Of a DNA stretch of 64,000 nt, positions 40,062 to 52,851 are shown piece after piece (within the stretch, counting starts at the first letter, position 1; each line of letters starts with the position of its first letter). Made by a program: the position numbers and the translations under genes. Origin of the DNA: Octopus vulgaris (Eukaryota); assembly GCA_951406725.2 (NCBI GenBank), contig OX597821.1, forward strand, positions 93,558,001 to 93,622,000, in the 5' to 3' direction. Below the pieces are notes generated by a model. The model saw nothing but the letters and a program-made list of their open reading frames with translations, had not been told where the DNA came from and made no database searches.

Positions 40062-40256
40062 TTTCAATGTCACGTATGCCATAAAGTCTGCAATTCTAAT
40101 GGAGGCCTCAAAAGACATTTTAAGATCCATAAAGATCAGAACTTAACTGCAGCTCTTGGTGGTCCAAATTGGATATGCAATCTAAGTGGGTGTCTTTTCA
40201 AAACATTGTCTGGTTTAAAAAGTCACATCAGATGCGATGATGGATCTAAGGTGTAG
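40062..40256 (+). pseudogene. Isolated C2H2 zinc-finger fragment, probably the 3' end of a ZnF-bearing RTE LINE
   Basis: Manual translation FQCHVCHKVCNSNGGLKRHFKIH...WICNLSGCLFKTLSGLKSHIR; resembles HICQTCGRECNSAVGLKRHAKVH in ORF 57537-57917; in-frame stop just upstream. Confidence 0.7.
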
Positions 40257-40569
40257 GTACAAGAAGTGGTCAGACTCTACACAAGGAGTCGACAACCACC
40301 ATTTATGTATGTATGCAAGAATCCATGTACGTATGTTTGCATGTATGTATGTATGTATGTATGTTTTATGTATGTATGTATGTATGTATGTATGTATGTA
40401 TGTATGTATGTATAAGTGCATGCGTTTGTGGTAGAGAAGTTTGCTTCCCAACCATACTTTATGTGTGAATGTGTATATGTAAGTTAGTATGTATATATAT
40501 CATCATCCTCATCATATGCCCATAGAGGATGTGTGTGTGTGTATTATATATATGTGTGTGTGTATGTAC

Positions 40570-40604
<35 letters not shown>

Positions 40605-40673
40605 TGTATGTATGTATGTATGTATGAATGCATGTATGTCTGTACGTATGCATGTAGATTATAGATATATGTA

Positions 40674-40719
<46 letters not shown>

Positions 40720-41401
40720 TAGACACATATATACATATGTATAAATAAAACTAAATTTGAAATAAAACATATGCTGAAGAAGTAGTTCACACAAAGGATT
40801 TATAAAGAACTCAATGATAAAGACAAAAATATTTTGCTTGGAGCACTGATGTATTAAAAATCTCACATATTTAACAAAGTAAACTAGGATCTTCATTGAC
40901 TCTTTCAGATCAATTCTGAGTTTCAAACTTTTTTCACAACAACTCCTAAGGAAATTATAAAATACGTACAAACAAATCCACATAACAGCATGCTTTATAA
41001 AGTGCCAAGAAGAAATATGTACTGACTTCCCTGAAACTGAAACTGGAGAGACAACTCATAGTATTAGGTAAAGAACTGTTGAGCATTGAAACAGCTAGTT
41101 TAAAAAAAAACTCAAATTAATTTTTTTCCATCATGCACGAGGTGAAAACAATGGTCCAATCAATAAACTCTGCATAGATATCATATCTATGGTACAGATA
41201 TCACATTACATCTTTATAATACAATGTTTAGGTAGGTAACTGAATCAGTTTACATACTGGAATAGGAACCAGTCTGAGCTGTAAGTTTGAATGGTTTAAC
41301 ACTAATGTGCTACACACTGGAAATGCACTTTCTTCTCTTCTACTTAAACTAGTGTTATGTATCTATGCAATTGTGTATACATATACAAATGTGTTATGTA
41401 T

Positions 41402-41677
41402 ATCATCATCATCTTTATCATCATCATTTAACGTCCGTTTTCCATGCTAGCATGGGTTGGACGGTTTGACCAGGGTCTGGGAAGCCAGGAGGCTGCACCA
41501 GGCTCCAGTCTGATCTGGCAATGTTTCTACAGTTGGATGCCCTTCCTAATGCCAACCACTCCATGAGTGTAGTGGTGCTTTTTACGTGCCACCAGGGCCA
41601 GAGGAGGCTGGCAATGGCCACAATCGGTTGGTGCTTTTTATGTGCCACCAGCATGGAAGCCAATCAAGGCAGCACTG
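41402..41677 (-). mobile_element. RTE 3'-UTR-type short element
   Basis: Homology to 28420-28716. Confidence 0.85.
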
Positions 41678-41825
41678 ATATGCACACACACACATATATA
41701 TATATACATATGTTTGTGTGTGTGTGTGAGTCTGTGAGTGTGTTTAGGTGATAAGAGCATATATATATATATACATATACATACATTCATACATATATTT
41801 ATTTATATATATATATATATGTATA

Positions 41826-41874
<49 letters not shown>

Positions 41875-41876
<2 letters not shown>

Positions 41877-42275
41877 TTTACTTTTTTACTTGTTTCAGTC
41901 ATCTGACTGCAACCATGCTGGAGCACAGCCTTTAGTTGAGCAAATCAACTACAAATTCTTTGTAAGCCTAGTACTTATTTTATCAGTCAATTTTGCTGAA
42001 CCACTAAGTTACGGGAACGTAAACACACCAACATCGGTTGTCAAGCGATGTTGGGGGTACAAACACAGACACACAAATATATACACACACATACATATAT
42101 ATACATATATACGACAGGCTTCTTTCAGTTTCTGTCTACCAAATCCACTCACAAGGCTTTGGGCAGCCCAAGGCTATAGTAGAAGACACTTGTCCAAGGT
42201 GCCACACAGTGGGACTGAACCCGGAACCATGTGGTTGGTAAGCAAGCTACATACCACACAGCCACTCCTGCGCCT
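41875..42275 (-). mobile_element. Family C SINE
   Basis: Full-length homology. Confidence 0.92.
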
Positions 42276-42999
42276 ATATATATATTTATATATGTATATA
42301 TATGTAATGCATGCATACAATTATAAGTTTATATAGACAGAAACATATAATTGTAACAAAATTGCTTCTTTTTAAAAACACTTTTAAAATAAAATTTAAT
42401 GGACATTTTTTATGCTTGTAGACATATATCATGAAAGAGATATATACTAAAATATCTTATGTTTATATGTATAGCAAACAGCAGATGCACAAATTGAAAA
42501 CGTTGGAGAAGAAAAAGAAGAAGAAAGAAGAAAAAGGTTGGGATGTTGACAGTGATATATACTAACATTGTAAACAGATAAAAGAATGAAACCTAAAAGT
42601 GACTAATGATTATCAATCAATGACTGATGTCATGAGGTTAAAGTCAATCAACGTGACTATAAAAGATGACTGTTAAATTCAACAAGAAAAAATAACCCAA
42701 GTCCAATAAAACTGGCTATTAACTAAGTTTTGAAACAGTTGCAGTGGAATTCTGTCAGTGACCAGGTCAGAGTTATGTGATAAAAATTTTGTCACCTCCA
42801 GAAATAAATAGAAAGTAAATTTAACAGTTTCTCTGTGTTTTTAAATAGATAACATGGCTTCTCCACCAGTTAATGGACAGATAAATCGACACATTCAAAC
42901 ACAAACTAATGCATACTCACACACACACAAACAAATTCAGTTGCATACGTACACACTTAGACACACACACACACACACACACGAATATATATCGTTTAT

Positions 43000-43949
43000 C
43001 TTTTATTTGTTTTTTGTCTGGTTCCCAAAGAAATGATAATGCGGTCTTGCATTTTCATGTTGGAAAACAACACCCTTCCTGTTGGCCAATTCTGGACGTT
43101 TCTCTTGAATTGCTGCTTTTAACATGTGCAGTCATGTGCAGTATTTCTCAGAATTAATTGTCTGGTTACTTGGGAGAAGCTCATAGTGCAGAGTTCCTTC
43201 CCAATCCCACCAGACACAAAACAAAACTTTTTTGGGGTGGGTGAAGACTCGCTTTTGGAGTGGCTAAGGGTGGCCCCTGTCGCTTACTCCAGGATCACTT
43301 TCTCTGAACATTTCAGTAGATAATCCATTTCTCATCACCTGTTTGCTTTAAAAAAAGGTGCATTTTCATTCCGTTTATAAGGTGAATCACAGATGGAAAT
43401 GTGATCCAAAAGGTTCTTCTCACTCAACTCATGTGGTACCCAAGCATTGTAGCGATTTGTGTACCCAAGCTTTACCAGGTGCTCATGAACGACGGATTTT
43501 GATAGGTTGAGGCTTTCTGCCAATTCTCGGATTGTACAATGTGGGTTATTCTCAATTAATGACTTGATTTGCTCATCATCTGTAGTGGATGGTCTGCCTG
43601 ATCGCTCTTTATCAATAAGGCTACAATATCCAGCTCAGAACCATGTGAACCACTTCCATACAGTTCTTTTGGATAAAGAAACATCACCATAAACTACGCA
43701 TATTTCTCTGGTTTATGGAAAAAGAAAAGCATCAAGTGCCGAAAATGAACTTTCTTATCTTCCATTTTAAAGGGTTACAGAATTACCACAGGTTATAGGA
43801 ACATAAACCTTCTTCCACGAAAAGATAGCTTAAACTATGTTCTAAATGGAGGTGTAGTCAAATCCTATTTTATGGACTCAACCATGTCCTAAAATAAGTT
43901 GAAAGATAAGCTACTATAAATTGGCACGAACTTTCCAGACAACCCAATA
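43000..43949 (-). mobile_element. Mariner transposon fossil (5' TIR plus decayed transposase)
   Basis: TIR ATTGGGTTGTCTGGAAAGTTCGTGCCAA at the right end; AWVPHELSEKN signature in ORF 43335-43523. Confidence 0.9.
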
Positions 43950-44109
43950 TATCAGTATGTGTGTGCCTTTGTGTCTGTGTTTCTCCCCACTTTTAGTCAA
44001 ATGAATCGATCTCCAACTAAGTTATGGGGCTGTAAACACACCAATACTGGTTGACAAACAAGTGGAAGTGGGGAGAAACACAGACACAAAGACAAAACAA
44101 AAAAAGACA

Positions 44110-44525
44110 AAAAAATGTTTTCCTCGTCTAGGCTTATAGGCCCTCATTATTTGTTTTCCTGTCCTGTTTCTATTCCTTCTTGTACTGTATTTTTTTGTAA
44201 TTGTATTTTTACTTTGTATTTGTTTTTAATTGTATTGTTTTTACGTCCTGTTTTTGTCACATTTTTTTCCTTATTTTTACCCCTCTGCAAAGGAATTTTA
44301 TTTAATTCTTTCGCAGAAAGGACTAGTTCGATGAGACGTGTTCTGTCCAACCTTCGAAACACACTAGAGTTGAACTAGGGACAGCTGATGAAGGGGATTT
44401 TTCCTTGTGTAGTTTGTCTTGTACTCTGTTTTTTTCGTTTAGGTCTGTTTCCACGTTTGTTTTTACGTTTTCGTTTCTCATTGAGTTCTACGTCTATTTG
44501 TGGTGTCCTGTACTTACGTATATAT
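44110..44525 (+). mobile_element. T-rich short repeat next to (TA)n, with rearranged HHR-like boxes
   Basis: CTAGTTC/GAACTAG and CTGTCC/GGACAG complementary pairs; CGAAAC ~44355; CTGATGA 44385-44391. Confidence 0.4.
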
Positions 44526-44606
44526 ATTTATATATGCATGTATATATACATGTAGATGTAGGTACGTACATATATGTATGTATGTATGCATATATTTTAT
44601 TTATTA

Positions 44607-44653
<47 letters not shown>

Positions 44654-45994
44654 AGAGGAAAAATTATAAAATGGCAGAATGCTAAATTGAAGGTAAATTT
44701 TAATAAAAATGGGTGTATGGAAAATTTAAAAAATAATAACTCTAACCGGTTTTCATAACAACGCAGATTTTCAAGATTTGAAAGGTGAAAAGAAATTTTT
44801 TTAAAATTGAGGAAGAGGAAAAAAGAAATTTACAATGTTTTTTTCAAAAAAATAATAATAAACATACACAAAAATTAAAAAATAAGTATACTGATACATT
44901 GTAGAGTCTTTATGTTTTTGGGGTTCAATAATAGTCCTTGGAAGAATTTCTTTGGGGGATTAAGATCCTTGTGATTAAATGTGGTGCTTAGTTTAAGGTG
45001 TTATATATATATAAATATATCATGGGCTTCTTTTAGTTTCTGTCCACCAAATCCACTCAAGGCTTTGATCAGCCCATGGCTATAGAAGAAGACTACTTGC
45101 CCAAGATGCCACACAATGAGACTGAACCCAGAACCATGTGGTTGGGAAGCAAACTTCTTACCACACAACCATCTATTTATTGAAGCATATATTTAAGGAC
45201 AAAATATAAAGATGGCAACCATAATAATGTTGTTGATGGTGTTGCTGGTAATATTGCTGCTGTTGTTGTTGTTTAAACTTAGATCAACCCCTATCAAAAG
45301 CATTCAAGTTGTAACCCCATTCATCTTTTGTAGGGATTTGTAGAATTATGTCATGTAATGCTTCTTGGTCTCAAAGTACTCTTTGAAGGGGATTTTGGCT
45401 GCTATGTCCAGCAGCTCAAGCAAATGCAAAGGGTCTCCCTGGTTAGTTCCTTCATATTGTTCCAAGAAATGGTGTTGTTGGTCATTATGATGATGATGGT
45501 AATGGTTATGATGCTGCTGAAGATATTGATATCAGTACAGAAGTTTGTAAACAACACGAATTAGAAGGAAATATTAGAAGTAGACTGAGAAAGGATGAAA
45601 AGCAAATCTGAGTAAGGGGAGGAGGAGATAAAAACAAGGAAGAGCAGAGAGGGGCAGAGAGAAACACAGAGAAAGGGGGAGTGGCAATCGTAAGAGAGAG
45701 AGAGAGAGAGAGAAAGATATAGAAAGAGGACAGTATAAGAAGGAACAAGAAGCATGGAGTGGGAAGGAGAGGGAGGAAGAGGAGTGAGAGTTAGAAGCAA
45801 AATTCACCATCAGCATCGTCATCATCATTGTCATCGTCATCGTCATTCTTTAACGTGTTTTCGATGCTGGCACAAATGTGTGAAGTTTAAAGTGTGAGGG
45901 GGAAAGTATGAGAGAGACAAACAAAGATTTCAGGTGAGAAGGAAGAAAAAAGAGTAAAGAGAGGAAAGGCAGAGAAGGGATATGGGGAGGAAGG

Positions 45995-46375
45995 AAAGGT
46001 GGAAGAAGAAGAAGAAGAAGAAGAAGAAGAAGAAGAAGAAGAAGAAGAAGAAGGAGGAGAAGAAGAAGAAGAAGAAGAAGAAGGAGGAGAAGAAGAAGAA
46101 GAAGAAGAAGAAGAAGAAGAAGAAGAAGAAGAAGAAGAAGAAGAAGAAGAAGAAGAAGAAGAAGAAGAAGAAGAAGAAGAAGAAGGAGGAGGAGGAGGAG
46201 AAGAAGAAAAGGAAGAAGAAAAAAGAAGAAGAAGAAGAAGAAGAAGAAGAAGAAGAAGAAGAAGAAGATGAAGAAGAAGAAGAAGAAGAAGAAGGAGGAG
46301 GAGGAGGAGAAGAAGAAAAGGAAGAAGAAAAAGAAGAAGAAGAAGAAGAAGAAGAAGAAGAAGAAGAAGGAAAAT
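45995..46375. repeat. (GAA)n/(GGA)n tract within a ~1.2-kb purine-rich block (45560-46750)
   Basis: Seen directly. Confidence 0.95.
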
Positions 46376-46779
46376 GAAAGAAAGCAAGTGAAAAGAAGTG
46401 TATGAAAGAAAGAGAGAGCGAGAGAAATAAAAGGAGAATGTCAAAGAGAGAAAGAGAAAAGAAGAACGTCAAAGAGAGAGAGGGAGAGAGAGGGAGAGAG
46501 AGAGAGAGCATTCAAAACTGATTCAATAGTAAACAGAAAATAGAAGAAAAGCAACAAAAAAAAATAACTGTAAAAATAAATAAAAGCTAAATGAGACAGA
46601 GACAGAGTAAGAGAGAAAGAGAGAGATTGCAAAAAAGAGTGTGACAAAGATACAGAGTAACAAAGAGAGAGAGAGAGAGAGAGAGAGATAAATAGGTAGA
46701 AGGAAAGAAGGAGAGAGAGATGAAAAGATAGGAAGATGGTGAGGGGGGTAGTTCAGCCTCCATCATCACCACTCCATCA

Positions 46780-46900
46780 TTGTGAAATACCCATCTGGCC
46801 TTGGAGATTTCCCAGCATTTAAGTCTTTGAATTTCTTCCGGATATTTCCTTTTGTGATTTTCAGGTCAGTGGGCTTGTGTTCGATGTTCCACTTTCATGG
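46780..46900 (-). pseudogene. LINE RT N-terminal remnant
   Basis: Minus strand gives TDLKITKGNIRKKFKDLNAGKSPRPDG (cf. L..L...KSPGPDG). Confidence 0.6.
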
Positions 46901-47592
46901 GTCTGGCAGGTTTCCAGGTATCTCTATAGTGTGCGTAGACACACACAGACACACACACACACATGCATGCATGCACATACACACACACACACTCACAGAC
47001 ACACAGACATAGGAGAAATAGTTCAGAGTTCTACCTCTGTCAAAATCAGCTGCAATGTTTACATACAAGTTTGTTTAATGGAGGCATTGAGTTCTTGCAG
47101 TTTTTGAAGTTTGGATAAGGATAAAAACACAGGCGTGTTTCGGTCAGAGATTTGTGAGATGTTACCTGTCAGTGATATTAGTCTTGTGAGAAGAAAACTT
47201 GTCAATATGATTGGTCTGAATTGAACCCATCAAAATATTTACCAAGCAGAACAGCTACAGAGTGATAGTAGATGTACGAACTAGCACCACGTAGAAAAGC
47301 CATAGTGAGGCAGTAGATATATATACCAGTACAAGGCAGAAGCACTGCCATGTAGTATGTGTGTGTGTGTGTATGTGTGCTTTTCTTTTACTTGTTTCAG
47401 TCATTTAACTGTGGCCATGCTGGAGCACTGCCTTTAGTTGAACAAATCGACCCCCAGGATTTGTTCTTTGTAAGCCTACTACTTACTCTATCACTCTCTT
47501 TTGCTGAGCCACTAAGTTACAGGGATATAAACACACAAACATTGGTTGTCAAGCGATTGTGGAGGGACAAACACAGACACACTAAAAGATAC

Positions 47593-47634
<42 letters not shown>

Positions 47635-47733
47635 ATTATATGAGGGAATATTAATCCTAACTATATATATATATATATGTCATGAAGTATATTTGCCACT
47701 TAAATTAATTATTTTATTACTATAGTTTATTTT

Positions 47734-47837
47734 TAACCTGATGAGTGGCTGTATTTATATCGAAGTGATTTTACTACTACTATCAATTTTTTTACTATAA
47801 TCATTTCTTAAATATAGCCACAAAACACATGTCATTA
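47734..47837 (+). ncRNA. Decayed type I hammerhead with a long stem II
   Basis: TAAC-CTGATGA-GTGGCTGTATTTA...TAAATATAGCCAC-AAAA-CACATG-TC-ATTA. 13-bp stem II; GAAA>AAAA and GTCG>GTCA are both consistent with CpG decay. Confidence 0.65.
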
Positions 47838-48000
47838 TTCTACCAATTATATACGTTTTTATTATTTTTTGCAATTTACTTAATCATCGGTATATTATTG
47901 TTATTTTAATTTTGATATTTCTATTATATGTAATTTTCTAGATAGTGTAATTTAATTGTTCATTTTGAATTGATAAAAGGTGTTTTTTTCTAATTTATAT

Positions 48001-48041
<41 letters not shown>

Positions 48042-48085
48042 CAATAATAAATCTCTGAGCAAGGTATAAACAGTAGCTGCCCGAC

Positions 48086-48556
48086 ATCGTGAAGTATATT
48101 TGCCACTTGAATGTGGCTAACCCTTAAGGGTGGATGTTACTGTAGCCCCAGGAAAACACCTACTCCAGCTGGCTATTGACACACTTTCTGTATCCTATAA
48201 GTATTTGCAAAGGGAAGCCATCCTTTCCATCTCCAACCTGACGTGATACACACGAACCTGAGTTTCTGGGTATTGATTCGTCATCATCTTGTGACAATCA
48301 CCGGTTGTTGATGTGAAGTGGTTTTTAATGCAAATATATATATCCCTTTTGATGACGGGTCAATACTCAGAAACTTAGGTCCATGTGTATTATGTCAGGT
48401 TGGCGATGGAAATGATGGCTTCCCTTTGCAAATACTGATAGGGCACAGAAAGTGTGTCAATATCCAGCTTGAGAATAGTGTTCCTGGGGCTAAAAGCTAC
48501 AGTAGCATCTACCCTTAAGGGTTAGCCACATTTAAGTGGCAAATATACTTCACGAT
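48086..48556. mobile_element. Foldback MITE with ~200-bp imperfect TIRs
   Basis: ATCGTGAAGTATATTTGCCACTT...AAGTGGCAAATATACTTCACGAT; arms ~48086-48285 and ~48350-48556; a terminal fragment also near 47679. Confidence 0.9.
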
Positions 48557-48559
48557 ATA

Positions 48560-49087
48560 TCAATCAAATCAAATCAAATCAAATCAAACCAAATCAAAAT
48601 CGATGAACATCAATGGAATTTGTATCCTTGTGGTACCAGTGCCGGTGGCATATAAGAAAACCGTCCGAGCGTGACCGTAGCCAGTACTGCATCGTCTGGC
48701 CTCCGTGCTGAGGGCACGTAACAAACACCATCCGAGCGTGGCCGTCTGCCAGCCTCGTCTGGCACCTGTGTCGGTGGCACATAAAAACACCATCCGAGCG
48801 TGGCCGTCTGCCAGCCTCGTCTGGCACCTGTGTTGGTGGCACATAAAAACACCATCCGAGCGTGGCCGTCTGCCAGTCTCGCCTGGCACCTGTGTCGGTG
48901 GCACATAAAATCACCCACTACACTCTCGGAGTGGTTGGCGTTAGGAAGGGCATCCAGCTGTAGAAACACTGCCAGATCTGACTGGCCTGGTGCAGCCTTC
49001 GAGCTTGCCAGACCCCAGTTGAACCGTCCAACCCATGCTAGCATGGAAAGCGGACATTAAACGATGATGATGATGATGATGATGATG

Positions 49088-49090
<3 letters not shown>
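48560..49090 (+). mobile_element. RTE 3'-UTR-type element with internal 62-bp tandem repeats
   Basis: CACCATCCGAGCGTGGCCGTCTGCCAG units near 48726, 48788 and 48850; (CAAAT)n start; (GAT)n tail. Confidence 0.88.
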
Positions 49091-49120
<30 letters not shown>

Positions 49121-49599
49121 ACTTCTTTCAGTTTCCGTCTACCAAATCCACTCACAAAGCTTTGGTTGGCCTGAGGCTATAGTAAAAGTCACTTACCCAA
49201 GGTGCCACAGTATGAGACTGAACTTGGAACCATGTGGTTGGGAAGTAAGGATAGATATGTATATCCGAAATTATTCTCTGCTATTTCCTGTCTTAAGTCT
49301 TCTGTAATAATAATTTTCTGTTTATACTTCTTTCACTGAAGAGAACAGTGATATATAATTAATTTAATTTAATCAAATTAGTTTAATTATTCTACCATGA
49401 ATTTGCATGTTTTAATATCACTGTTTGAAATGAGCATATGCATGTATTAAAATTCTTTCAAATTTTAACACCTTCTCTTCTCCATTTTTAACAAATTTGT
49501 GGAGTTCTATGGAATACCTTTCCATAAATTCACATAACACGCCATATTATTATTTTCAAGTATTATTTTCATATTCCGTAGAAGTGGCTGTGTGGTTAG

Positions 49600-50008
49600 A
49601 AGGCATAGGAATGGCTGTGTGGTAAGTAGCTTGCTTACAAACCACATGGCTCCAGGTTCAGTCCCACAGCGTGGCACCTTGGGCAAGTGTCTTCTACTAT
49701 AGCCTCAGGCCAACCAAAGCCTTGTGAGTGGATTTGGTAGATGGAAACTAAAAGAAGCCCGTCGTATATATGTATATATATGTATGTGTGTGTGTATATG
49801 TTTGTGTGTCTGTGTTTGTCCCCCCAACATTGCTTGACAACCGATGCTGGTGTGTTTACATCCCCATAACTTAGCAGTTCGGCAAAAGAGACCGATAGAA
49901 TAAGTACTAGGCTTACAAAGGATAAGTCCTGGGGTCGATTTGCTTGATCAACTAAAGGCGGTGCTCCAGCATGGCCACAGTTAAATGACTGAAACAAGTA
50001 AAAGAGTA
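49600..50008 (+). mobile_element. Family C SINE
   Basis: Full-length homology. Confidence 0.92.
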
Positions 50009-50149
50009 TTCCCAAACTTATGCCAGTAAGCTACTAGCAAAATATGAAGAATCTTTATTAGAAATCGTTTTTTGGAACTCTCCAGAATAAAAGGACAAAA
50101 TATAATTCAACCGTTTCACACACACACATATATATTATGTATTTATATA

Positions 50150-51003
50150 TATACATGGTTCGGTGAATAAGCTGTCATCTAAATTTCACAAAAATGAAAA
50201 TAACACTAACATCTCATTTTAACAGATATATTTACCAAAATTACATAGAAATATCTTGAAATACTAAGGAGTGAATTTAGGCAATAAAATCGCCATTGGC
50301 ATCAACCACAACCTCCAGACGACTTTGGAATCTCCTGCAACTCTTCTACGAAGTCTCCTTGTTTAAGTTGGTAAATGCTGCCATAATCCTTGCCTTCAGT
50401 TCATTTTTAGTGTTATCAGGAGTTTTGTTGGTCCCTCACTCAACCGCACCCCATACATAACAATCAACAGGGTTGCAGTTTAGGAGTTAGGTGGCCAGAT
50501 GTTAGGAGTGATATGGTCACAGAAATTGTCTGACAGCCATGATTGTGTTCTCCTGCTTGTGTAGGGTGGTGCAGAGCCTTGTTGCCAGACACAGGGTCTT
50601 CCAGTAGTCACCCTCTTGACCCAGGGCAGCACTACCTCCTAGATGTAGGCCTCTGTGTTGAGTCTGAGGCCATGTGGGAATATGAATGGAGGCATTACAT
50701 CACCGTCACTAGTGATCACTCCAAACATCATGATGTTAACTGGATGTTTGAGTTTTATCACACGCGGTACTTGTCCTAAGATTGACACCCAAACACTCTG
50801 AAATGTTCATATTGGAGCTTCCGGTGCAAATGCCAAGCAATACAGCATGTCGTTTCCAAATTTCTGGCAGAGTGAATTGTGTCATGGTGCTACTTTTCTC
50901 ACAGATGGTGTCTGCTATACTGTGTAGTTGACAAAGTCAAAAACATTGCGCATGTGCAAAATTCAAAAATGTAAAATAGTGACAATTTACCCATTGCACC
51001 CCG

Positions 51004-51006
<3 letters not shown>
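50150..51006 (-). mobile_element. Tc1/mariner-superfamily fossil (DD37D/maT-like), internally deleted
   Basis: Minus strand DHITPNIWPPNS.NCNPVDCYVWG; degenerate TIRs flanked by TA. Confidence 0.75.
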
Positions 51007-51059
<53 letters not shown>

Positions 51060-51172
51060 CATATACATATACATATACATATATGTGCATATATATACAT
51101 ATGTACATATATATATAAACACATACACACATATATATATATGCATATATATATATACACATATACAAATAC

Positions 51173-51204
<32 letters not shown>

Positions 51205-51479
51205 ATGTATGTATATATATATATATTTATACTATCGTAAATATGAGGGTAATAAAATAATTTATTACTAGTAGTAAGCATGCATAAATAAAAGTCATAA
51301 GACAACATATTTTTAAAAAATATAAGAGTGTGTAGGATATTTTTATACACAGAGATGAGACCCCTGACAGGACTCCTTACATGCTAAAAAAGGCAGTTAA
51401 AACCCCAAACCACGAAACAAAAGAATACATGAGGCATGCTGTTATAAGACTAGAATGAACAAAAAAAAATGAATTAGCT

Positions 51480-51551
51480 AATCCTGAACTCAAGTTTCAT
51501 TATTAATTGCCAAATAAACCAATTCAGAATCTGTAGGTCATCAGCAGGATT
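51480..51551 (-). ncRNA. Type I hammerhead motif
   Basis: AATCCTG-CTGATGA-[39 nt]-GAAA-CTTGAG-TT-CAGGATT. Perfect 7-bp stem I; stem III near-palindromic (ACTCGAGT in the second copy); stem II weak. Confidence 0.68.
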
Positions 51552-51652
51552 GCTAATTAATGAATAATTTTGTAGTTGCAGATACATACTGAAAACATGT
51601 GTGCAAGACAGCTACATCTTTATCCATTATGCATTTGAACTTAGTGCATGAG

Positions 51653-52040
51653 TGTGGAGGCACAATGGCCTAGTGGTTAGGGCAGCGGACTCGTGGTCGT
51701 AGGAAAACGGTTTCGATTCCCAGACCGGGCGTTGTGAGTGTTTATTGAGCGAAAACACCTAAAGCTCCACGAGGCTCCGGCAGGGATGGTGGTGATCCCT
51801 GCTGTACTCTTTTACCACAACTTTCTCTCACTCTTACTTCCTGTTTCTGTTGTACCTGTATTTCAAAGGGCCGGCCTTGTCACTCTCTGTGTCACGCTGA
51901 ATATCCCCGAGAACTACGTTAAGGGTACATGTGTCTGTGGAGTGCTCAGCCACTTACACGTTAATTTCACGAGCAGGCTGTTCCGTTGATCGGATCAACC
52001 GGAACCCTCGTTGTCGTAACCGACGGAGTGCTTCCATCCA
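51653..52040 (+). mobile_element. tRNA-Arg-like SINE (OR-type, Ceph-domain-like)
   Basis: A-box TGGCCTAGTGG, anticodon-loop-like ACTCG, B-box GGTTTCGATTCC; AGTGCATGAGTGT repeated on both sides (TSD). Confidence 0.9.
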
Positions 52041-52652
52041 GTGCATGAGTGTAAACATATAGTCCAGTAGTAAATAAACAAATTTAAAACTGTGTCCTAT
52101 ATAGACTCAGAATTATAAACATTACTATCGTAAATATGAGGGTAGTAAATTAAAATAATTTATTATTAGTAGTTAGCATGCATAAATAAAAGTTATAATG
52201 CATAACATATTTTTAAAGTATATAAGAGTATATAAAATATTTTTATACACAGAGAGGAGACTCTTGACAGAGCTCCTTATATGCTGAAAATGGCAGTTAA
52301 AACCCAAACCATGAAAAAAGTTTGAATCTATAATGGATAAAGATGTAGCTGTCTTGCGCATGTGTATTTTGGTATATATTTGCAACTACATAATTATTCA
52401 TTAATTAGTGATCTCGTTGATGATCTACAGATTCCAAATTAGTTTATTTGGCAATTAATAGTGAAACTCGAGTTTGGGATTAACTGATTTATTTTTTATT
52501 CATTCTAGTGTTATAACAACATGCCTCATGAATTTGTTTTTTCCTGGTTTAGGTTTTAACTGCCCTTTTTAGCATGTACAGAGCTGTCAAGAGTCTCCTC
52601 TCTGTGTATAAAAATATTTTATACACTCTTATATTTTTTAAATATATATATG

Positions 52653-52820
52653 TAGGTGCAGGAGTAGCTGTGTGGTAAGTAGCTTGTTTACCAACCACAT
52701 GGTTCTGGGTTCAGTCCCATTGCGTGGCACCTTGGGCAAGTGTCTTCTACTATAGCCTCGAGCTGACCAAAGCCTTGTGAGTGGATCTGGTAGACGGAAA
52801 CTGAAAAGAAGCCCGTCGTA

Positions 52821-52851
<31 letters not shown>

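Larger units (their letters stand above)
51231..52640. mobile_element. Penelope-like non-coding element: full unit, partial direct copy and inverted copy, with HHR motifs
   Basis: Unit 51231-51642; partial direct repeat 52123-52319; inverted copy 52318-52640; (TA)n flanks; HHRs at 51480-51551 (-) and 52410-52481 (+). Confidence 0.75.

Noticed and set aside
39027-40130. 338-aa HTYI-repeat ORF and overlapping ORFs
   Set aside because: Artefacts of the (ATGT)n microsatellite.
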